Assembly: GCA_050249615.1 (NCBI GenBank)
Contig: JBFWQE010000013.1
Span: forward strand, 406 to 64,405
Source of the DNA: Vicinamibacterales bacterium
GTDB taxonomy: Bacteria; Acidobacteriota; Vicinamibacteria; Vicinamibacterales; UBA2999
DNA: 64,000 nt
Reading direction: 5' to 3'
In this document: positions 16,698 to 26,770 of the stretch, in pieces
Layout: every line of letters starts with the position of its first letter
Position numbering within the stretch: position 1 is the stretch's first letter
Translations under genes and position numbers: made by a program
Notes under the pieces: model-generated
Databases searched by the model: none
What the model was told of the DNA's origin: nothing
Seen by the model: the letters and a program-made list of their open reading frames with translations, nothing else

Positions 16698-19329
16698 CCA
16701 GTTCATCCTCCGCCGCATGGCGCAGGAACGCGCGCGGACGCTGACGACGGTCGTCGGCATCGCGCTCGGCATCGCCGTCGTCCTCGCCATCCAGCTGACC
16801 AACGCGAGCTCGGTGCGCGGGTTCGAGACCGCGCTCACGTCGGTGGCCGGCCGGACTTCCATCGAGATTCTGGGGACGGGCGGCATCGACGAGACCCTGC
16901 TGCCCGGGCTCGGCTGGCTCCGCGACTTCGGCGCCATGTCGCCGGTCATCGAGGGCGAGATGGCGATCGTCGGGAGCGGACCGGACACTCCGCAGCAAGG
17001 CTCGTCCACTCCCTCCACGCGAGCGGAGCGGGGGTTCCGGGCGCCTCGCAGCGAGGCCGTCAAGGTGCTCGGCGTCGACATTCTCCAGGACCTGTCCGTT
17101 CGCGACTACCTCGGCGTCGATGTGGAGACGCCGCAGCAGTTCCTCGAGCTGCTCACGAGCCCACGGGCGATCGTGATCACCGAGAAGCTGGCGCGGCGGC
17201 GGGGGTACGCGCCCGGCGACGAGCTGCAGCTGATGGCGGGCGACCGCGTGAACACGTTCGTGGTCCGCGGGCTGCTGAAGGACGAGGGGCCGGCGAAGGT
17301 GATGGACGGCAGCTTCGTGCTGATGGACATCGCGGCCGCGCAGCTGGCGTTCGATCGCCTCGGCCGCATCGATCGGCTGGACGTGCAGCTGCGTGGCGAC
17401 GGCGAGGCGGCGGCGAGCGCCCCGGGCTCCGCCGACATCGATGCCGCCCTGTCCGCCATCTCGGCGAGGCTGCCGGCGGGGCTCACCGCCCAACGGCCGG
17501 CGCGCCGCGGCGAGCAGGTGGAGCGCATGCTGGCCGCGTTCCACCTGAACCTCTCCGCGCTGTCGTGGGTGGCGCTGGTCGTCGGGCTCTTTCTCGTCTA
17601 CAACACCGTGACCATCTCGGTCATCGCGCGGCGTGAGGAGGTCGGCATGCTCCGCGCCCTGGGCGTGACGCGCCGGCAGGTGCTGGGGCTGTTCCTCGGC
17701 GAGGCCGCCGTGCTCGGCCTGGCAGGCACGCTCCTCGGCATCGGGCTCGGCCGGGTGCTGGCGGATGCGGCCGTCGGGCTCACGCGCTCCACGGTCAGCA
17801 CGCTCTACATCGCCACGGCGGCCTCGACGCCGGCGCTGGCCGGCTGGCACGTCGCGCTGGCCTTCGCCATCGGGCTGCCGCTGTCGCTCCTGGCCGCGTC
17901 GCTGCCGTCGCTCGAGGCGAGCCGCGTGCCGCCCACCGCGGCCATGCGCGGCAGCGATCGGCTGGAGTCGCGGGTGCGCCTCCGCGCGGTGTCGCTGATC
18001 GCACCCGCGCTGGTGCTCGCCGGCGCGCTCCTCCTGTCGCAGCTGGGCCCTGTCGGTGGACAGCCGCTCTTCGGCTACGCCGCCTCGTTTGCCACCATCA
18101 TCGGGGCCTCGCTGCTCGTCCCGGCCATCATCTACCTGCTGGCCCGGAGCCTCGCGGGCGTGCTCCGCCGCCTGCTGGGCGTCGAGGGCCTGCTGGCGCA
18201 CGCCAACCTGGCCGCGGCGATCCCGCGGCTGTCCATCTCGGTGGCGGCGCTCGCGGTGAGCCTGTCGATGATGGTGGCCGTGGCCGTGATGATCGGGAGC
18301 TTCCGCGACACGGTGGCCTACTGGGTGGGCCAGACGCTCCAGGCGGACCTCTTCATCGGCCCGGGCCTGCAGCCGACGGTGGGCTCGGAACAGACTCTCT
18401 CGGCGCCGGTCATCGAGGCCGTCGAGGCGCACCCGGGCGTGGAGGCCGTGGACTCGTTCCGCAACATCGACCTCGTCTACAACGGGAATCTCGTCGTGCT
18501 CGGCGCCGGGAACTTCGAGCTCGTGCTCTCGCACGGCTCGCTGCTCTTCAAGGCGCCCGCGGACGGGCGCGAGGCGCTCGGGCGCGCCATCGGCACCGAG
18601 TCGGTCGTGGTCTCCGAGGCCTTCGCCAACAAGTACGACACGAGGCCCGGCGACACGCTCACGCTGCAGACGCCGCAGGGCCCGCGACCCTTCGCGGTGG
18701 CGGCCGTCTACTACGACTACGCCGTGGACCGCGGCGTCATCGTCATGGATCGTGGCACGTTCCGGCGCTACTTCGGGGACCTCACCCCCAGCGGCCTCGC
18801 GGCCTACCTGAAGCCGGGCTTCGAGCCGGAGCGCGTGCGGGCCGAGATCCTGGCGGCGCTGGACGAGGGCCACCGCGCGTTCATCTACACCAACCGCGAC
18901 CTGCGCGCCGAGGTGCTCCGCGTCTTCGACAGTACGTTCGCCATCACCTACGCGCTCGAGATCATCGCCATCGTCGTGGCCATGCTCGGCGTGGGCGCGA
19001 CCCTGCTGACGCTGGTCCTCGAGCGGCAGCGCGATCTCTCGATGCTGCGGCTGATCGGCGCGGCCCGACGCCAGGTGCAGCGCGTCATCGTCATCGAGGC
19101 GGCGCTCATCGGGGCCGCCAGCCAGGCAATTGGCCTCGTCGTGGGCCTCGCGCTGTCGGTGCTGCTCGTCTACGTGATCAACGTGCAGAGCTTCGGCTGG
19201 ACGATCCAGTTCCGCGTGCCGGTCGCGTTCCTGGCGCAGGTGTCAATCGCCGTGATCGTCGCCACGGCCGTCGCCGGTATCTACCCGGCGCGCCGCGCGA
19301 CAAGGCTGGTGGTGGCGCGGGATGAGTAG
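16678..19329 (+). CDS. ABC transporter permease with duplicated FtsX/MacB-type domains (AttF/AttG-like fusion)
   Basis: The start [38 protein letters not shown] is at ATG 16678. Two FtsX-like 4-TM modules are separated by large periplasmic regions, ~884 aa in total. Confidence 0.85.
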   Translation: MFSRLFSQFILRRMAQERARTLTTVVGIALGIAVVLAIQLTNASSVRGFETALTSVAGRTSIEILGTGGIDETLLPGLGWLRDFGAMSPVIEGEMAIVGSGPDTPQQGSSTPSTRAERGFRAPRSEAVKVLGVDILQDLSVRDYLGVDVETPQQFLELLTSPRAIVITEKLARRRGYAPGDELQLMAGDRVNTFVVRGLLKDEGPAKVMDGSFVLMDIAAAQLAFDRLGRIDRLDVQLRGDGEAAASAPGSADIDAALSAISARLPAGLTAQRPARRGEQVERMLAAFHLNLSALSWVALVVGLFLVYNTVTISVIARREEVGMLRALGVTRRQVLGLFLGEAAVLGLAGTLLGIGLGRVLADAAVGLTRSTVSTLYIATAASTPALAGWHVALAFAIGLPLSLLAASLPSLEASRVPPTAAMRGSDRLESRVRLRAVSLIAPALVLAGALLLSQLGPVGGQPLFGYAASFATIIGASLLVPAIIYLLARSLAGVLRRLLGVEGLLAHANLAAAIPRLSISVAALAVSLSMMVAVAVMIGSFRDTVAYWVGQTLQADLFIGPGLQPTVGSEQTLSAPVIEAVEAHPGVEAVDSFRNIDLVYNGNLVVLGAGNFELVLSHGSLLFKAPADGREALGRAIGTESVVVSEAFANKYDTRPGDTLTLQTPQGPRPFAVAAVYYDYAVDRGVIVMDRGTFRRYFGDLTPSGLAAYLKPGFEPERVRAEILAALDEGHRAFIYTNRDLRAEVLRVFDSTFAITYALEIIAIVVAMLGVGATLLTLVLERQRDLSMLRLIGAARRQVQRVIVIEAALIGAASQAIGLVVGLALSVLLVYVINVQSFGWTIQFRVPVAFLAQVSIAVIVATAVAGIYPARRATRLVVARDE

Positions 19330-20479
19330 CGGGCGAATGGGTGCGAACGGGTGCGGGCGGGTGCGGGCAGGTGCGGGCAGGTGCGGGGTTTCCCGGCACT
19401 CCGTACTGATGCTCCTCGTGCTGAGCCTCGCCGCCCTCTCCGCCGCAGGCTGGCGTGAGGCGGCGCCAGGGTATCGCTTCGAGTTCCCACGCGACCATGC
19501 GAGCCACCCTGAATACAAGATCGAGTGGTGGTACTACACGGGCAACGTCGAAACCTCGGCAGGCCGGAGGTTCGGTTACCAGGTGACGTTCTTCCGCGTC
19601 GGCGTGGTCCCGGTGCCGGAGAACCCGTCGCGGTGGGCGGTGCGGGATCTGTATATGGCCCACCTCGCGGTCAGCGACCCGGAGGGCCGGCGGTACCGCT
19701 TCGACGAGAAGCTCACGCGCGGCGGCCCGGGCCTCTCGGGCGCGGCGACGGATCGCTACCGCGTCTGGAACGAGGGCTGGACGGCCTCGCTGGACGACCA
19801 GGGTCGCCACGTGATCAAGGCTGCCGGCGAACGCGCCGGCGTGGACCTGGTGCTCTCCGAGGGCAAGGCGGCGGCCATCAACGGCATCGACGGCATCTCA
19901 CAGAAGGGCGCGCAGGCCGGCAACGCCTCGCACTACTACTCCCTGACGCGCATGCCCACGCGCGGCGTCATCGCCATCGATGGCGAGCGCTTCGAGGTCT
20001 CCGGCGAGAGCTGGATGGATCACGAGTTCGGCACGAGCTTCCTCGAGCGCGAGCAGCAGGGATGGGACTGGTTGTCCCTGCAGCTCTCGGACGGGCGCGA
20101 GCTGATGCTCTACCAGCTGCGTCGATCGGATGGCACGCGAGATCCGCGGTCGAGCGGGACGCTCGTCGACGCCGACGGCCGCACCACCCACCTGGCCGCC
20201 GCCGACTTCACGCTGGCGCCGACCGGACAGACCTTCAGCGCACCCTCGGGCGCGACCTATCCCATCGGCTGGACCATCGCGGTGCCCGGACTGGGCCTGG
20301 ACCTGCGCGTCTCGACGCCGATGGAGAACCAGGAACTGTTGACCCGCGGCGCCGGCATCGCATACTGGGAGGGCCTGGTGGACGTGGCCGGCACGTCCCG
20401 CGGCGCCCGCCTCACCGGCCGCGGCTATCTGGAGATGACGGGATACAAGGGCAGCCTCGGAAGGGTGATGAGTCAGTAG
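19322..20479 (+). CDS. AttH/CrtC-like (lipocalin-like) secreted protein
   Basis: FEFPRDHASHPEYKIEWWYYTGNV...GYQVTFFR is the AttH/hydroxyneurosporene-synthase-like signature. ATG 19322 overlaps the permease stop, but 19338-19388 is a (GGTGCGGGC)n repeat. ATG 19409 (MLLVLSLAALSAAG) may therefore be the real start. Confidence 0.8.
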   Translation: MSSGRMGANGCGRVRAGAGRCGVSRHSVLMLLVLSLAALSAAGWREAAPGYRFEFPRDHASHPEYKIEWWYYTGNVETSAGRRFGYQVTFFRVGVVPVPENPSRWAVRDLYMAHLAVSDPEGRRYRFDEKLTRGGPGLSGAATDRYRVWNEGWTASLDDQGRHVIKAAGERAGVDLVLSEGKAAAINGIDGISQKGAQAGNASHYYSLTRMPTRGVIAIDGERFEVSGESWMDHEFGTSFLEREQQGWDWLSLQLSDGRELMLYQLRRSDGTRDPRSSGTLVDADGRTTHLAAADFTLAPTGQTFSAPSGATYPIGWTIAVPGLGLDLRVSTPMENQELLTRGAGIAYWEGLVDVAGTSRGARLTGRGYLEMTGYKGSLGRVMSQ

Positions 20480-20512
20480 GCTTTCCCCCGACTCCCAACT
20501 CCCGAAACGATC

Positions 20513-21547
20513 ATGAACATACTCACGATCGGCGCCGGCATCGCCGGGCTCACCGCGGCCAGGCGGCTGCAGGCGAACGGGCACACCCTCACGGTGCTCG
20601 ACAAGGGCCGCGCGCCGGGCGGCCGCATGTCCACACGGCGCGTGCTGAACGGCGATGCGGACCGTCCCGAGCTGGCCGAGCTTGCGTTCGACCACGGCGC
20701 GCAGTACTTCACGGTGCGCGACCCGCGTTTTGCGGGAGAGGTAGAGGGCTGGCACAAGGCACGAGTGGCGCAGTTGTGGCACGGCAAGCTGGCGGCGTTC
20801 GACAGCGAGGGACGTGAGCCGGTGGACGACGGCCAGGCCCGCTGGGTGGGCGTCCCTGGAATGAGCGCCGTCGCGCGTCACCTGGCCCGTGGCCTGGACG
20901 TCCTGTGCAATGCACGCGTCACGAGCCTGGAGCGCGATGCCGTGTCGGGCGCCGTCGCCTGGCACGCCTCACTGGCCGACCAGCGAGCCCTCGGCCCCTT
21001 CGATGCCGTTGTCGTGGCGCTGCCCGCGCCGCAGGCCCTGCCACTGCTGGCGGCGTCGCCGTCCCTCGCGCGCGAAGTGGGCGCGGTTCGCATGCACCCG
21101 TGCTGGGCGGTGATGGTGGCCTTCGACGATCGCGTGGCCACGCCCTTCGATGCCGCCTTCGTCACCTCGAGCCCGCTCGGCTGGCTGGCGCGGGACCGCT
21201 CGAAGCCGCAGCGCGGCCTGGCCGAGACCTGGGTGCTCCAGGCCAGCGCCGACTGGAGCGCCGCGCACGTGGACGACGACGCGGACGTCGTCGGGCCGTT
21301 CCTGTTGAATGCCTTTGCGGACCTCGTGCGGGCTCGACTGCCGCGGCCGGTGCATCTCGCCGCGCACCGGTGGCGGTATGCGTGCGGCCATCCGCCGGCC
21401 CATCACGGCGCGCTCGTCGATGCCGACCTGCGGCTGGCGGCCTGCGGCGACTGGTGCGCCGGCAATCGCGTCGAGGGGGCGTTCCTGAGCGGCATGGCCG
21501 CGGCGGATGCGCTGCTGGCGCAGCGCGAAGTGAGAAGCGAGAAGTGA
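20513..21547 (+). CDS. NAD/FAD-dependent oxidoreductase (renalase/amine-oxidase-like, COG3380-type)
   Basis: The N-terminal dinucleotide motif is MNILTIGAGIAGLTAARRLQANGHTLTVLDKGRAPGGRMSTRR. The C-terminus has GDWCAGNRVEGAFLSG. Confidence 0.8.
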   Translation: MNILTIGAGIAGLTAARRLQANGHTLTVLDKGRAPGGRMSTRRVLNGDADRPELAELAFDHGAQYFTVRDPRFAGEVEGWHKARVAQLWHGKLAAFDSEGREPVDDGQARWVGVPGMSAVARHLARGLDVLCNARVTSLERDAVSGAVAWHASLADQRALGPFDAVVVALPAPQALPLLAASPSLAREVGAVRMHPCWAVMVAFDDRVATPFDAAFVTSSPLGWLARDRSKPQRGLAETWVLQASADWSAAHVDDDADVVGPFLLNAFADLVRARLPRPVHLAAHRWRYACGHPPAHHGALVDADLRLAACGDWCAGNRVEGAFLSGMAAADALLAQREVRSEK

Positions 21548-21559
21548 GAAGTGAGAGCC

Positions 21560-22201
21560 TCACTCGCCGGATTTCGGTTTCCGTTTCCGGCGGCCGACGC
21601 GCCCGCGGTCGCCCCCGGTCCAGTACATCTGCACCAACGTGCCCACGGCGCCGAGCGCCAGCCAGGTCCACGGCATCCACGCCTGTCCCGGCACGGGGTT
21701 CATCGGATAGGCCACCCAGATGTCGCCATTGGACGCGGCCTCGAGCGCGGTGGCGTCCCCCATCAGGGCGGTGAGCCCCACGAGGAACGTCCATGCCCCG
21801 CCAAACGCCGTCGTGAGGATGATGACGTAGCGCTGCAGCCACGTGGCCAGCAGCGCGCCCACGATGGAGAGCAGGATGATGGCGATGGGATGCGGATCGC
21901 CCTGGATGCGCGTCCAGAGAAGGTTGGCAGCGAAGGCGCCGATGCCTGCGCCGACGAGCGCCACGCCCACGAAATAGCCCGCGAGCAGCACGAACGCCCC
22001 GGCCAGGCCCCCGACGATGGCGGCGATGACCATGGGCGTGGTGTCCGACGCGCCGAACACCGAGCTGGCGAGTAGCGCGCCGAGGATGAAACCGAAGACC
22101 GCCAGCACCACCTTGAACAGGCGGTAGCCGAAGAGGCACGAGAGCAGCCCGCCCGCGACGAGCACGGCGGCGGCCGGAATCTGGTACGCGACAGGAAGCA
22201 T
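21560..22201 (-). CDS. multi-pass membrane protein (DUF4203/TM7S3-like)
   Basis: 213 aa with ~7 hydrophobic helices rich in small residues (FGFILGALLASSVFG, AIVGGLAGAFVLLAGYFVGVALVGAGIGAF) and a basic C-terminal tail. Confidence 0.6.
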   Translation of the reverse strand: MLPVAYQIPAAAVLVAGGLLSCLFGYRLFKVVLAVFGFILGALLASSVFGASDTTPMVIAAIVGGLAGAFVLLAGYFVGVALVGAGIGAFAANLLWTRIQGDPHPIAIILLSIVGALLATWLQRYVIILTTAFGGAWTFLVGLTALMGDATALEAASNGDIWVAYPMNPVPGQAWMPWTWLALGAVGTLVQMYWTGGDRGRVGRRKRKPKSGE

Positions 22202-22240
22202 GGGCCAGGGGGGTGGCTGGGAGAGATCTTAGCACTGGGC

Positions 22241-22437
22241 GTGGGCCTCGCTTCGCCCGGCTGGCGCTCCGCGTGGGCGGCGCTTCGCGCCGTGGGCGCT
22301 CCGCGTGGGGCGGGCCTTCGGCCCGTGGGCGGCGCTGACGCGCCGTCAGAACTCCCGCCGAGCGAAGCAGGGCCCCTACCGCGCCTCAGCGTGGCCTACC
22401 GCGCGTCAGCGCCCCTACCGCGCCTCAGCGCGGCCTA
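22241..22437. repeat. intergenic repeat block (GTGGGCGS-type units, then 3x ~19-nt unit CCTACCGCGCSTCAGCG)
   Basis: Units cccctaccgcgcctcagcgtgg / cctaccgcgcgtcagcg / cccctaccgcgcctcagcgcgg occupy 22373-22433. The next partial unit cctag supplies the recR stop codon. Confidence 0.75.
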
Positions 22438-23028
22438 GAGTTCCCGCCGCCCTTCCAGGGCGCGGGTCATCGTGAGGTCGTCGGCGTATTCGAGGTCGCT
22501 GCCCACGGGGATGCCCATGGCAATGCGCGTCACGCGCACGCCCAGCGGCTTGAGCAGCCGCGCCAGGTAGATGGCGGTGGCCTCGCCTTCGACCGTGGGG
22601 TTGGTCGCGAGGATGATCTCCTCGACGCCGCCGGCGCCGATGCGGCTCAGCAGGCCCTTGATCTTGAGATCGTCCGGCCCGATGCCCGCGAGCGGCGAGA
22701 TGGCGCCCATCAGCACGTGATAGGTGCCCCGGAAGCCGCCGGTCTTCTCCACCACGTTGACGGTCTGCGGCTCCTCCACCACGCAGATGCTCCGGCGGTC
22801 GCGCGACTCGTCCGCGCAGATGGGGCATGGATCCACGTCGGTGATGTTGCTGCAGATCGAGCAGTAGGTGACGCGATCCTTCACCTGGCGGATGGCATCG
22901 GACAGCCGCTCCGCCTCCTCGCGTGGCGTCCGCAGGATGTGGAACGCCAGCCGCTGCGCGCTCTTGCTGCCGATGCCGGGCAGGCGCTTGAACTGGTCGA
23001 TCAGGTGCTGGAGGGATTCGGGGAGCAC
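22435..23028 (-). CDS. recR: recombination protein RecR
   Basis: GTG start. It has [17 protein letters not shown] (HhH), the zinc finger [16 protein letters not shown] and a Toprim domain ([26 protein letters not shown]). Confidence 0.95.
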   Translation of the reverse strand: MLPESLQHLIDQFKRLPGIGSKSAQRLAFHILRTPREEAERLSDAIRQVKDRVTYCSICSNITDVDPCPICADESRDRRSICVVEEPQTVNVVEKTGGFRGTYHVLMGAISPLAGIGPDDLKIKGLLSRIGAGGVEEIILATNPTVEGEATAIYLARLLKPLGVRVTRIAMGIPVGSDLEYADDLTMTRALEGRREL

Positions 23029-23035
23029 GGGGTCT

Positions 23036-23170
23036 GCGGTTCTCGGGTTCTCGGGTTCTCGGGTTCTCAGGTTCTCAAGTTCAGGGGTTCTCGGATTCTC
23101 AGGTTCTCAAGTTCAGGGGTTCTCGGGTTCTGAGGTTCTGAGGTTCTCGGGTTCGAGGTTCGCGGGTTCT
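23036..23170. repeat. tandem octamer array (GGTTCTCR)n, ~16 units
   Basis: ggttctcgggttctcgggttctcaggttctcaagttcaggggttctcggattctcaggttctcaagttcaggggttctcgggttctgaggttctgaggttctcgggttcgaggttcgcgggttct fills the whole ybaB-recR gap. Confidence 0.9.
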
Positions 23171-23467
23171 TCACAGGCCCGGGAGGCCGAGGCCGGTCAT
23201 CATGCCGCCCATCGTTCGCTTCAGCTCATCGTCCACTTTGCGGTGGGCGTCGTTCACGGCCGCGACGATCAGGTCCTGCAGCATGCCGACGTCGTCCTTC
23301 GACACCACCTCGGGGTCGAGACGGAGCGACAGCGGGTGCTTGTGGCCGTTGACCACCACGGTGACCATGCCGCCGCCGGATGTTGCCTCGACGCGCAGGT
23401 CGGTCATCTGCTGCTGCAGGCGCTGCTGCATCTCCTGCGCCTGCTTCATCATCGCCTGGATGTTCAT
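23171..23467 (-). CDS. ybaB: YbaB/EbfC nucleoid-associated protein
   Basis: ATG at 23467. The 98-aa product is MNIQAMMKQAQEMQQRLQQQMTDLRVEATSGGGMVTVVVNGHKHPLSLRLDPEVV...GLGLPGL, the textbook YbaB pattern. Confidence 0.9.
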   Translation of the reverse strand: MNIQAMMKQAQEMQQRLQQQMTDLRVEATSGGGMVTVVVNGHKHPLSLRLDPEVVSKDDVGMLQDLIVAAVNDAHRKVDDELKRTMGGMMTGLGLPGL

Positions 23468-23469
23468 CG

Positions 23470-23506
23470 CCCGACTCCCGGTTCCCGACTCCCGGTTCCC
23501 GACTCG
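23470..23506. repeat. tandem 14-mer (CGACTCCCGGTTCC)x2.5, GACTCCC family
   Basis: cccgactcccggttcccgactcccggttcccgactcgg fills the dnaX-ybaB gap. The gene strand reads (GGGAGTC) immediately upstream of the ybaB ATG. Confidence 0.85.
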
Positions 23507-23508
23507 GT

Positions 23509-25248
23509 CTACTCCCCCTGCACCGTTGTCTTCTCCACGGGGAAGACTTCGAGGAGGGTGCGCACGGTGTCGTGCTCGAGGGCGCTCTTCTGCCGATCGC
23601 CGGAGACCGGCGTGGCTCTGGGCGCCACCGGATCGGCCGGCGCGGGCGCCGGAGCATCCGAAGCATCGGTGAAGACGATCTGCACGGGCAGCCTGGCGCC
23701 GGCCACCTCGTCGACGATGCCCTGCAGCCACGCGCGGTTGTCCTCGCACTGGTTCTTCGGCACCTTCTGGTTCGGCTGGAACGCGAAGGTCACGCCCGCC
23801 GCATCCGCGTCGATGCGAAACGCCTGTGCCACGACTAGGTTGTAGAACGTGGGCTTGGCCGACTTGAGCCGGGCGAGCAGGGCATCGCGGTAGTCGCCCG
23901 CCGGGCGGGTGCCGGCACCTGTCGCGGGCGCCGCATCCTCTCGCGCCGGCACCGGGGCCGCTGGCCCGGGTGGCGGCACGCGTGACGGTCCCTGTGCTCC
24001 GGGAGCCCGGGAGGCCGGTGCCGCGGCGCGCGGGGCCGTGGGTCCCGATCTCGCCAAAGGCATCCGCGCCGATGGCGCGGCCGCTGGTGCCGGAGCGCTG
24101 AAGTTCCGTGCCGCGCCCGTCGCCCCCAGCAGCAGATCCGACAGCGGTGTGAGCTTGCGCAGGTGCATCAGCCTGAGCAGCGCCATCTCCATGTTGTAGC
24201 GCGGCTGATCCGATCCGCGGATCTCCTGCTCGGCCCGCGTCAGCAGATCGAAGCCGCGCAGCAGGTCCTCGCGCGACCAGCGGTCCACCAGCGCCAGGAG
24301 GCGATCGCGGTCACCGTCGCCGACGACATCGGGATCGGACGCGCGCGACTTGTCCACCGAGAGGACGAGCAGGTCGCGCATCGCGCGCGAGAGCTCGCGG
24401 CAGAGCAGCTTCAAGTCGTACCCGCGCTCGATGGCGCGCTCGGTGAGCGCGAAGGCCGCGGGCGCGTCCTCGGCCACCACCGCGTCGAGCATGTCGAGGA
24501 CGAGATCCCGGCCGACCAGGCCGAGCACGCTGACGACGTCCTCGGTGGTGATGGCGTCGCCGGCGAAGGCGCGCACCTGGTCGAAGGCGCTGAGCGAGTC
24601 GCGCATGCTGCCCTCGCCCGCCCGGGCCAGCAGCATCAGCGCCTCGTCCGGCGCCTGGATGTGCTCCTGGTCCGCGATGTAGCGCAGCCGCTCGGCCACC
24701 GTCTTCGCCGAGATCGTGCGGAACTCGTGCACCTGCGCGCGCGAGAGCACCGTGTCGGGGATCTTGTGCAGCTCGGTCGTCGCCATCATGAAGATGACGT
24801 GCGGCGGCGGCTCCTCGATGGACTTGAGCAGCGCATTGAACGACGAGGCCGACAGCATGTGGACCTCGTCGATGATGAAGACCTTGTAGCGGTTGCGGAC
24901 CGGGGCGATGGAGAGCCCCTCGATGATGACCTCGCGGACGTTGTCCACGCCGGTGTGGGTGGCGGCGTCAATCTCGAGGACGTCGATGTCGCGGCCCTCG
25001 GCAATCTCGATGCAGGGGTCGCATTCGCCGCACGGCTCGGCCGTGGGCCCCTTCACGCAGTTGAGGGCACGCGCCAGGATGCGCGCGCTGGTGGTCTTGC
25101 CGCACCCGCGCGGGCCCGCGAACACGAAGGCGTGGGCAATCCGCTTGCTCTTGAGCGCGTTCCGGAGCGTCTTCGTGACGGCCTGCTGGCCGAGCACGTC
25201 GTCGAACCGCTGGGGACGCCACTTGCGGGCGAGAACCTGGTAGGACAT
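23509..25248 (-). CDS. dnaX: DNA polymerase III subunits gamma/tau
   Basis: The start is MSYQVLARKWRPQRFDDVLGQQAV at ATG 25248. Walker A is GPRGCGKTT, followed by a zinc module CGECDPC and IIDEVHMLS. The ORF track extension to 25359 runs into a repeat array. Confidence 0.9.
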   Translation of the reverse strand: MSYQVLARKWRPQRFDDVLGQQAVTKTLRNALKSKRIAHAFVFAGPRGCGKTTSARILARALNCVKGPTAEPCGECDPCIEIAEGRDIDVLEIDAATHTGVDNVREVIIEGLSIAPVRNRYKVFIIDEVHMLSASSFNALLKSIEEPPPHVIFMMATTELHKIPDTVLSRAQVHEFRTISAKTVAERLRYIADQEHIQAPDEALMLLARAGEGSMRDSLSAFDQVRAFAGDAITTEDVVSVLGLVGRDLVLDMLDAVVAEDAPAAFALTERAIERGYDLKLLCRELSRAMRDLLVLSVDKSRASDPDVVGDGDRDRLLALVDRWSREDLLRGFDLLTRAEQEIRGSDQPRYNMEMALLRLMHLRKLTPLSDLLLGATGAARNFSAPAPAAAPSARMPLARSGPTAPRAAAPASRAPGAQGPSRVPPPGPAAPVPAREDAAPATGAGTRPAGDYRDALLARLKSAKPTFYNLVVAQAFRIDADAAGVTFAFQPNQKVPKNQCEDNRAWLQGIVDEVAGARLPVQIVFTDASDAPAPAPADPVAPRATPVSGDRQKSALEHDTVRTLLEVFPVEKTTVQGE

Positions 25249-25262
25249 GAACGGCGGGCTGA

Positions 25263-25313
25263 AGGTTCTGAGGTTCTGAGGTTCCGGGGTTCTGGAGTCC
25301 TGGGGTTCTCGGG
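25263..25313. repeat. tandem octamer array (GGTTCTGR/GGTTCTCG), same family as 23036-23170
   Basis: aggttctgaggttctgaggttccggggttctggagtcctggggttctcggg lies 15 nt upstream of the dnaX start. Confidence 0.85.
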
Positions 25314-25321
25314 CTGCCCTA

Positions 25322-25445
25322 CGGGCCGGACCGCGGTCCGGGATGGCTGCACACATCACGGAAACGACTTAGCGCTGCTGCCTTCCGGCCCTGACGCGGT
25401 TCGCCGCCCTGAGATTGCACAGGTCCCGGGCCGCGGTGCGGCCCG
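25322..25445 (-). ncRNA. ffs: signal recognition particle RNA (small 4.5S-type)
   Basis: The minus strand contains CCGCGUCAGGGCCGGAAGGCAGCAGCG, matching the conserved domain IV motif (E. coli 4.5S has GGUCAGGUCCGGAAGGAAGCAGCC). The terminal helix pairs CGGGCCGCACCGCGG (25445-25431) with CCGCGGUCCGGCCCG (25336-25322). Its position directly upstream of dnaX is the common ffs-dnaX-ybaB-recR synteny. Confidence 0.8.
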
Positions 25446-25627
25446 CCACCGGGACACAGACGTGGCCGCCCGGTGAAGGAACGTAACGCCAGTCTAGCAT
25501 CCCCGGGCGCTGGTTGCAGCCGCAGATGCCGCAGATGGCCCGGAAGCCACAGACAGCGGATTTCTGGGGTTCGCGGCAGCCAACTCGCGCAGGCGGCAGG
25601 GCGCGAGAGCCGCGTCACCAGCCGTGA

Positions 25628-25777
25628 TCTGCCTTGCCTGCCTTGCCTGCCTTCTCTACCTTGTCTGCCTTGTCTACCTTGTCTGCCTTGTCTGCGCCAT
25701 CTGCGCCATCTGCGTCATCTGCGTCATCTGCGTCCACCATCTGCGTTCATCTGCGTTCATCTGCGTCATCTGCGTCC
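25628..25777. repeat. compound tandem array: (CTGCCTTG/TCTACCTTG)n then (CATCTGCGY)n
   Basis: tctgccttgcctgccttgcctgcc...ttgtctgccttgtctgcgccatctgcgccatctgcgtcatctgcgtcatctgcgtcc...catctgcgtcatctgcgtcc. The last units encode the final Arg-Arg-stop of the M20 gene. Confidence 0.9.
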
Positions 25778-26770
25778 CATCAGCGTCGCCGCCAGGCGCT
25801 CGTACAGCGTGACGGCCTCCAGCAGCTCGTCCACCTTGATGTGCTCGTGGTCGGTGTGTGCGACGTGGATGGAGCCTGGACCGAGCAGGAACGGCGTGCC
25901 CCAGTTCGACAGCAGCGGGATGTCGGTGGTGTAGGCGAACACGGCCGTGTCGAATCCCTCGCGCGTCTCCAGGTGGACCGGGGGCACTTCGAGCACTTCC
26001 ACGATCTCCGCGCGATCCCCGACCGTTGCTGCCAGCACGGAGCGGATGTCGTCGTGCGGTCCCACGCTCCGGAAGATGATCTCCGCCTCGGCGTGCGCCG
26101 GCACCACGTTGGGCGCCACGCCCCCCGAGATGAGCCCCACCGTATAGCTGGTGCGCCCCAGCAGCGGGTCGTCCGGCCAGGGCGCCGCGCGCAGCGCGAC
26201 GAGGACGTCCACCAGCGCCTCGATGGCCGATCGGCCGAGCGCCGGGTAGCCCGAGTGCGCCGCGACGCCTGTCGTGACCAGCTTCACGCGGAACACGCCC
26301 CGCGTCGCGGAGCCCAGGCGATTGTCAGTGGGCTCGCCGTTGATCAGGAAGCCGGATCGCGACGCGATGCGGTTCGCTGCCAGCGCCCCTTCGCTCCCGC
26401 GCTCCTCTCCCGCGACGAACACGAGGCCGACGCGCGTCTCGCCCGCGGCGCGCAGCCGCTCGGCCGCCGCCACCTGTGCCGCGAGGATGCCCTTCGCGTC
26501 GCAGGCGCCGCGACCGTACAGCAGGCCGTCCTCGAGCCGGCTGGGGAAGAACGGCGGCACGCAGTCGATGTGGGTGGAGAACACCAGGCTCGGCTCGCCC
26601 ACGGCCGCGATGACGTTGATGCGGTCCTCGACGACGGGCTGCTCGAGGACGGAGTAGCCGCGGTCGCGCAGGTACGCGGCCAGCACCCGGGCAGCCTCGC
26701 CCTCACGCCCGGTGGTGGAGTCGATGTCGATGAGCCGTCGCGCCAGCGCGATCGGGTCTACCGGATCCAC
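25766..26770 (-). CDS. M20 family metallopeptidase, probable succinyl-diaminopimelate desuccinylase (DapE/ArgE family)
   Basis: The likely GTG start at 26770 (VDPVDPIALARRLIDIDS) overlaps the dapD end. Motifs: STHIDCVP, GRGACDAKG, VAGEERGSEG and AHSGYP. Context is the DAP operon. Confidence 0.75.
   Translation of the reverse strand: MDPVDPIALARRLIDIDSTTGREGEAARVLAAYLRDRGYSVLEQPVVEDRINVIAAVGEPSLVFSTHIDCVPPFFPSRLEDGLLYGRGACDAKGILAAQVAAAERLRAAGETRVGLVFVAGEERGSEGALAANRIASRSGFLINGEPTDNRLGSATRGVFRVKLVTTGVAAHSGYPALGRSAIEALVDVLVALRAAPWPDDPLLGRTSYTVGLISGGVAPNVVPAHAEAEIIFRSVGPHDDIRSVLAATVGDRAEIVEVLEVPPVHLETREGFDTAVFAYTTDIPLLSNWGTPFLLGPGSIHVAHTDHEHIKVDELLEAVTLYERLAATLMGRR

Noticed and set aside
16513-18873. 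786-aa minus-strand ORF
   Set aside because: It is antisense to the FtsX-type permease, and Arg/Gly/Glu-rich with no hydrophobic or catalytic pattern.
22241-22438. 65-aa ORF, together with the repeat-derived ORFs 25473..25934 and 25624..25812
   Set aside because: The translations are periodic (LPCLPCLPSLPCLPCL, RHLRHLRHL, ICVICVICV) because they read through tandem DNA repeats.
23036-23170. Possible CRISPR array (also 32465..32578 and 25628..25777)
   Set aside because: The units are only 7-9 nt and directly abutting, with no unique spacers. No cas genes are present. These are micro- or minisatellites, not CRISPRs.
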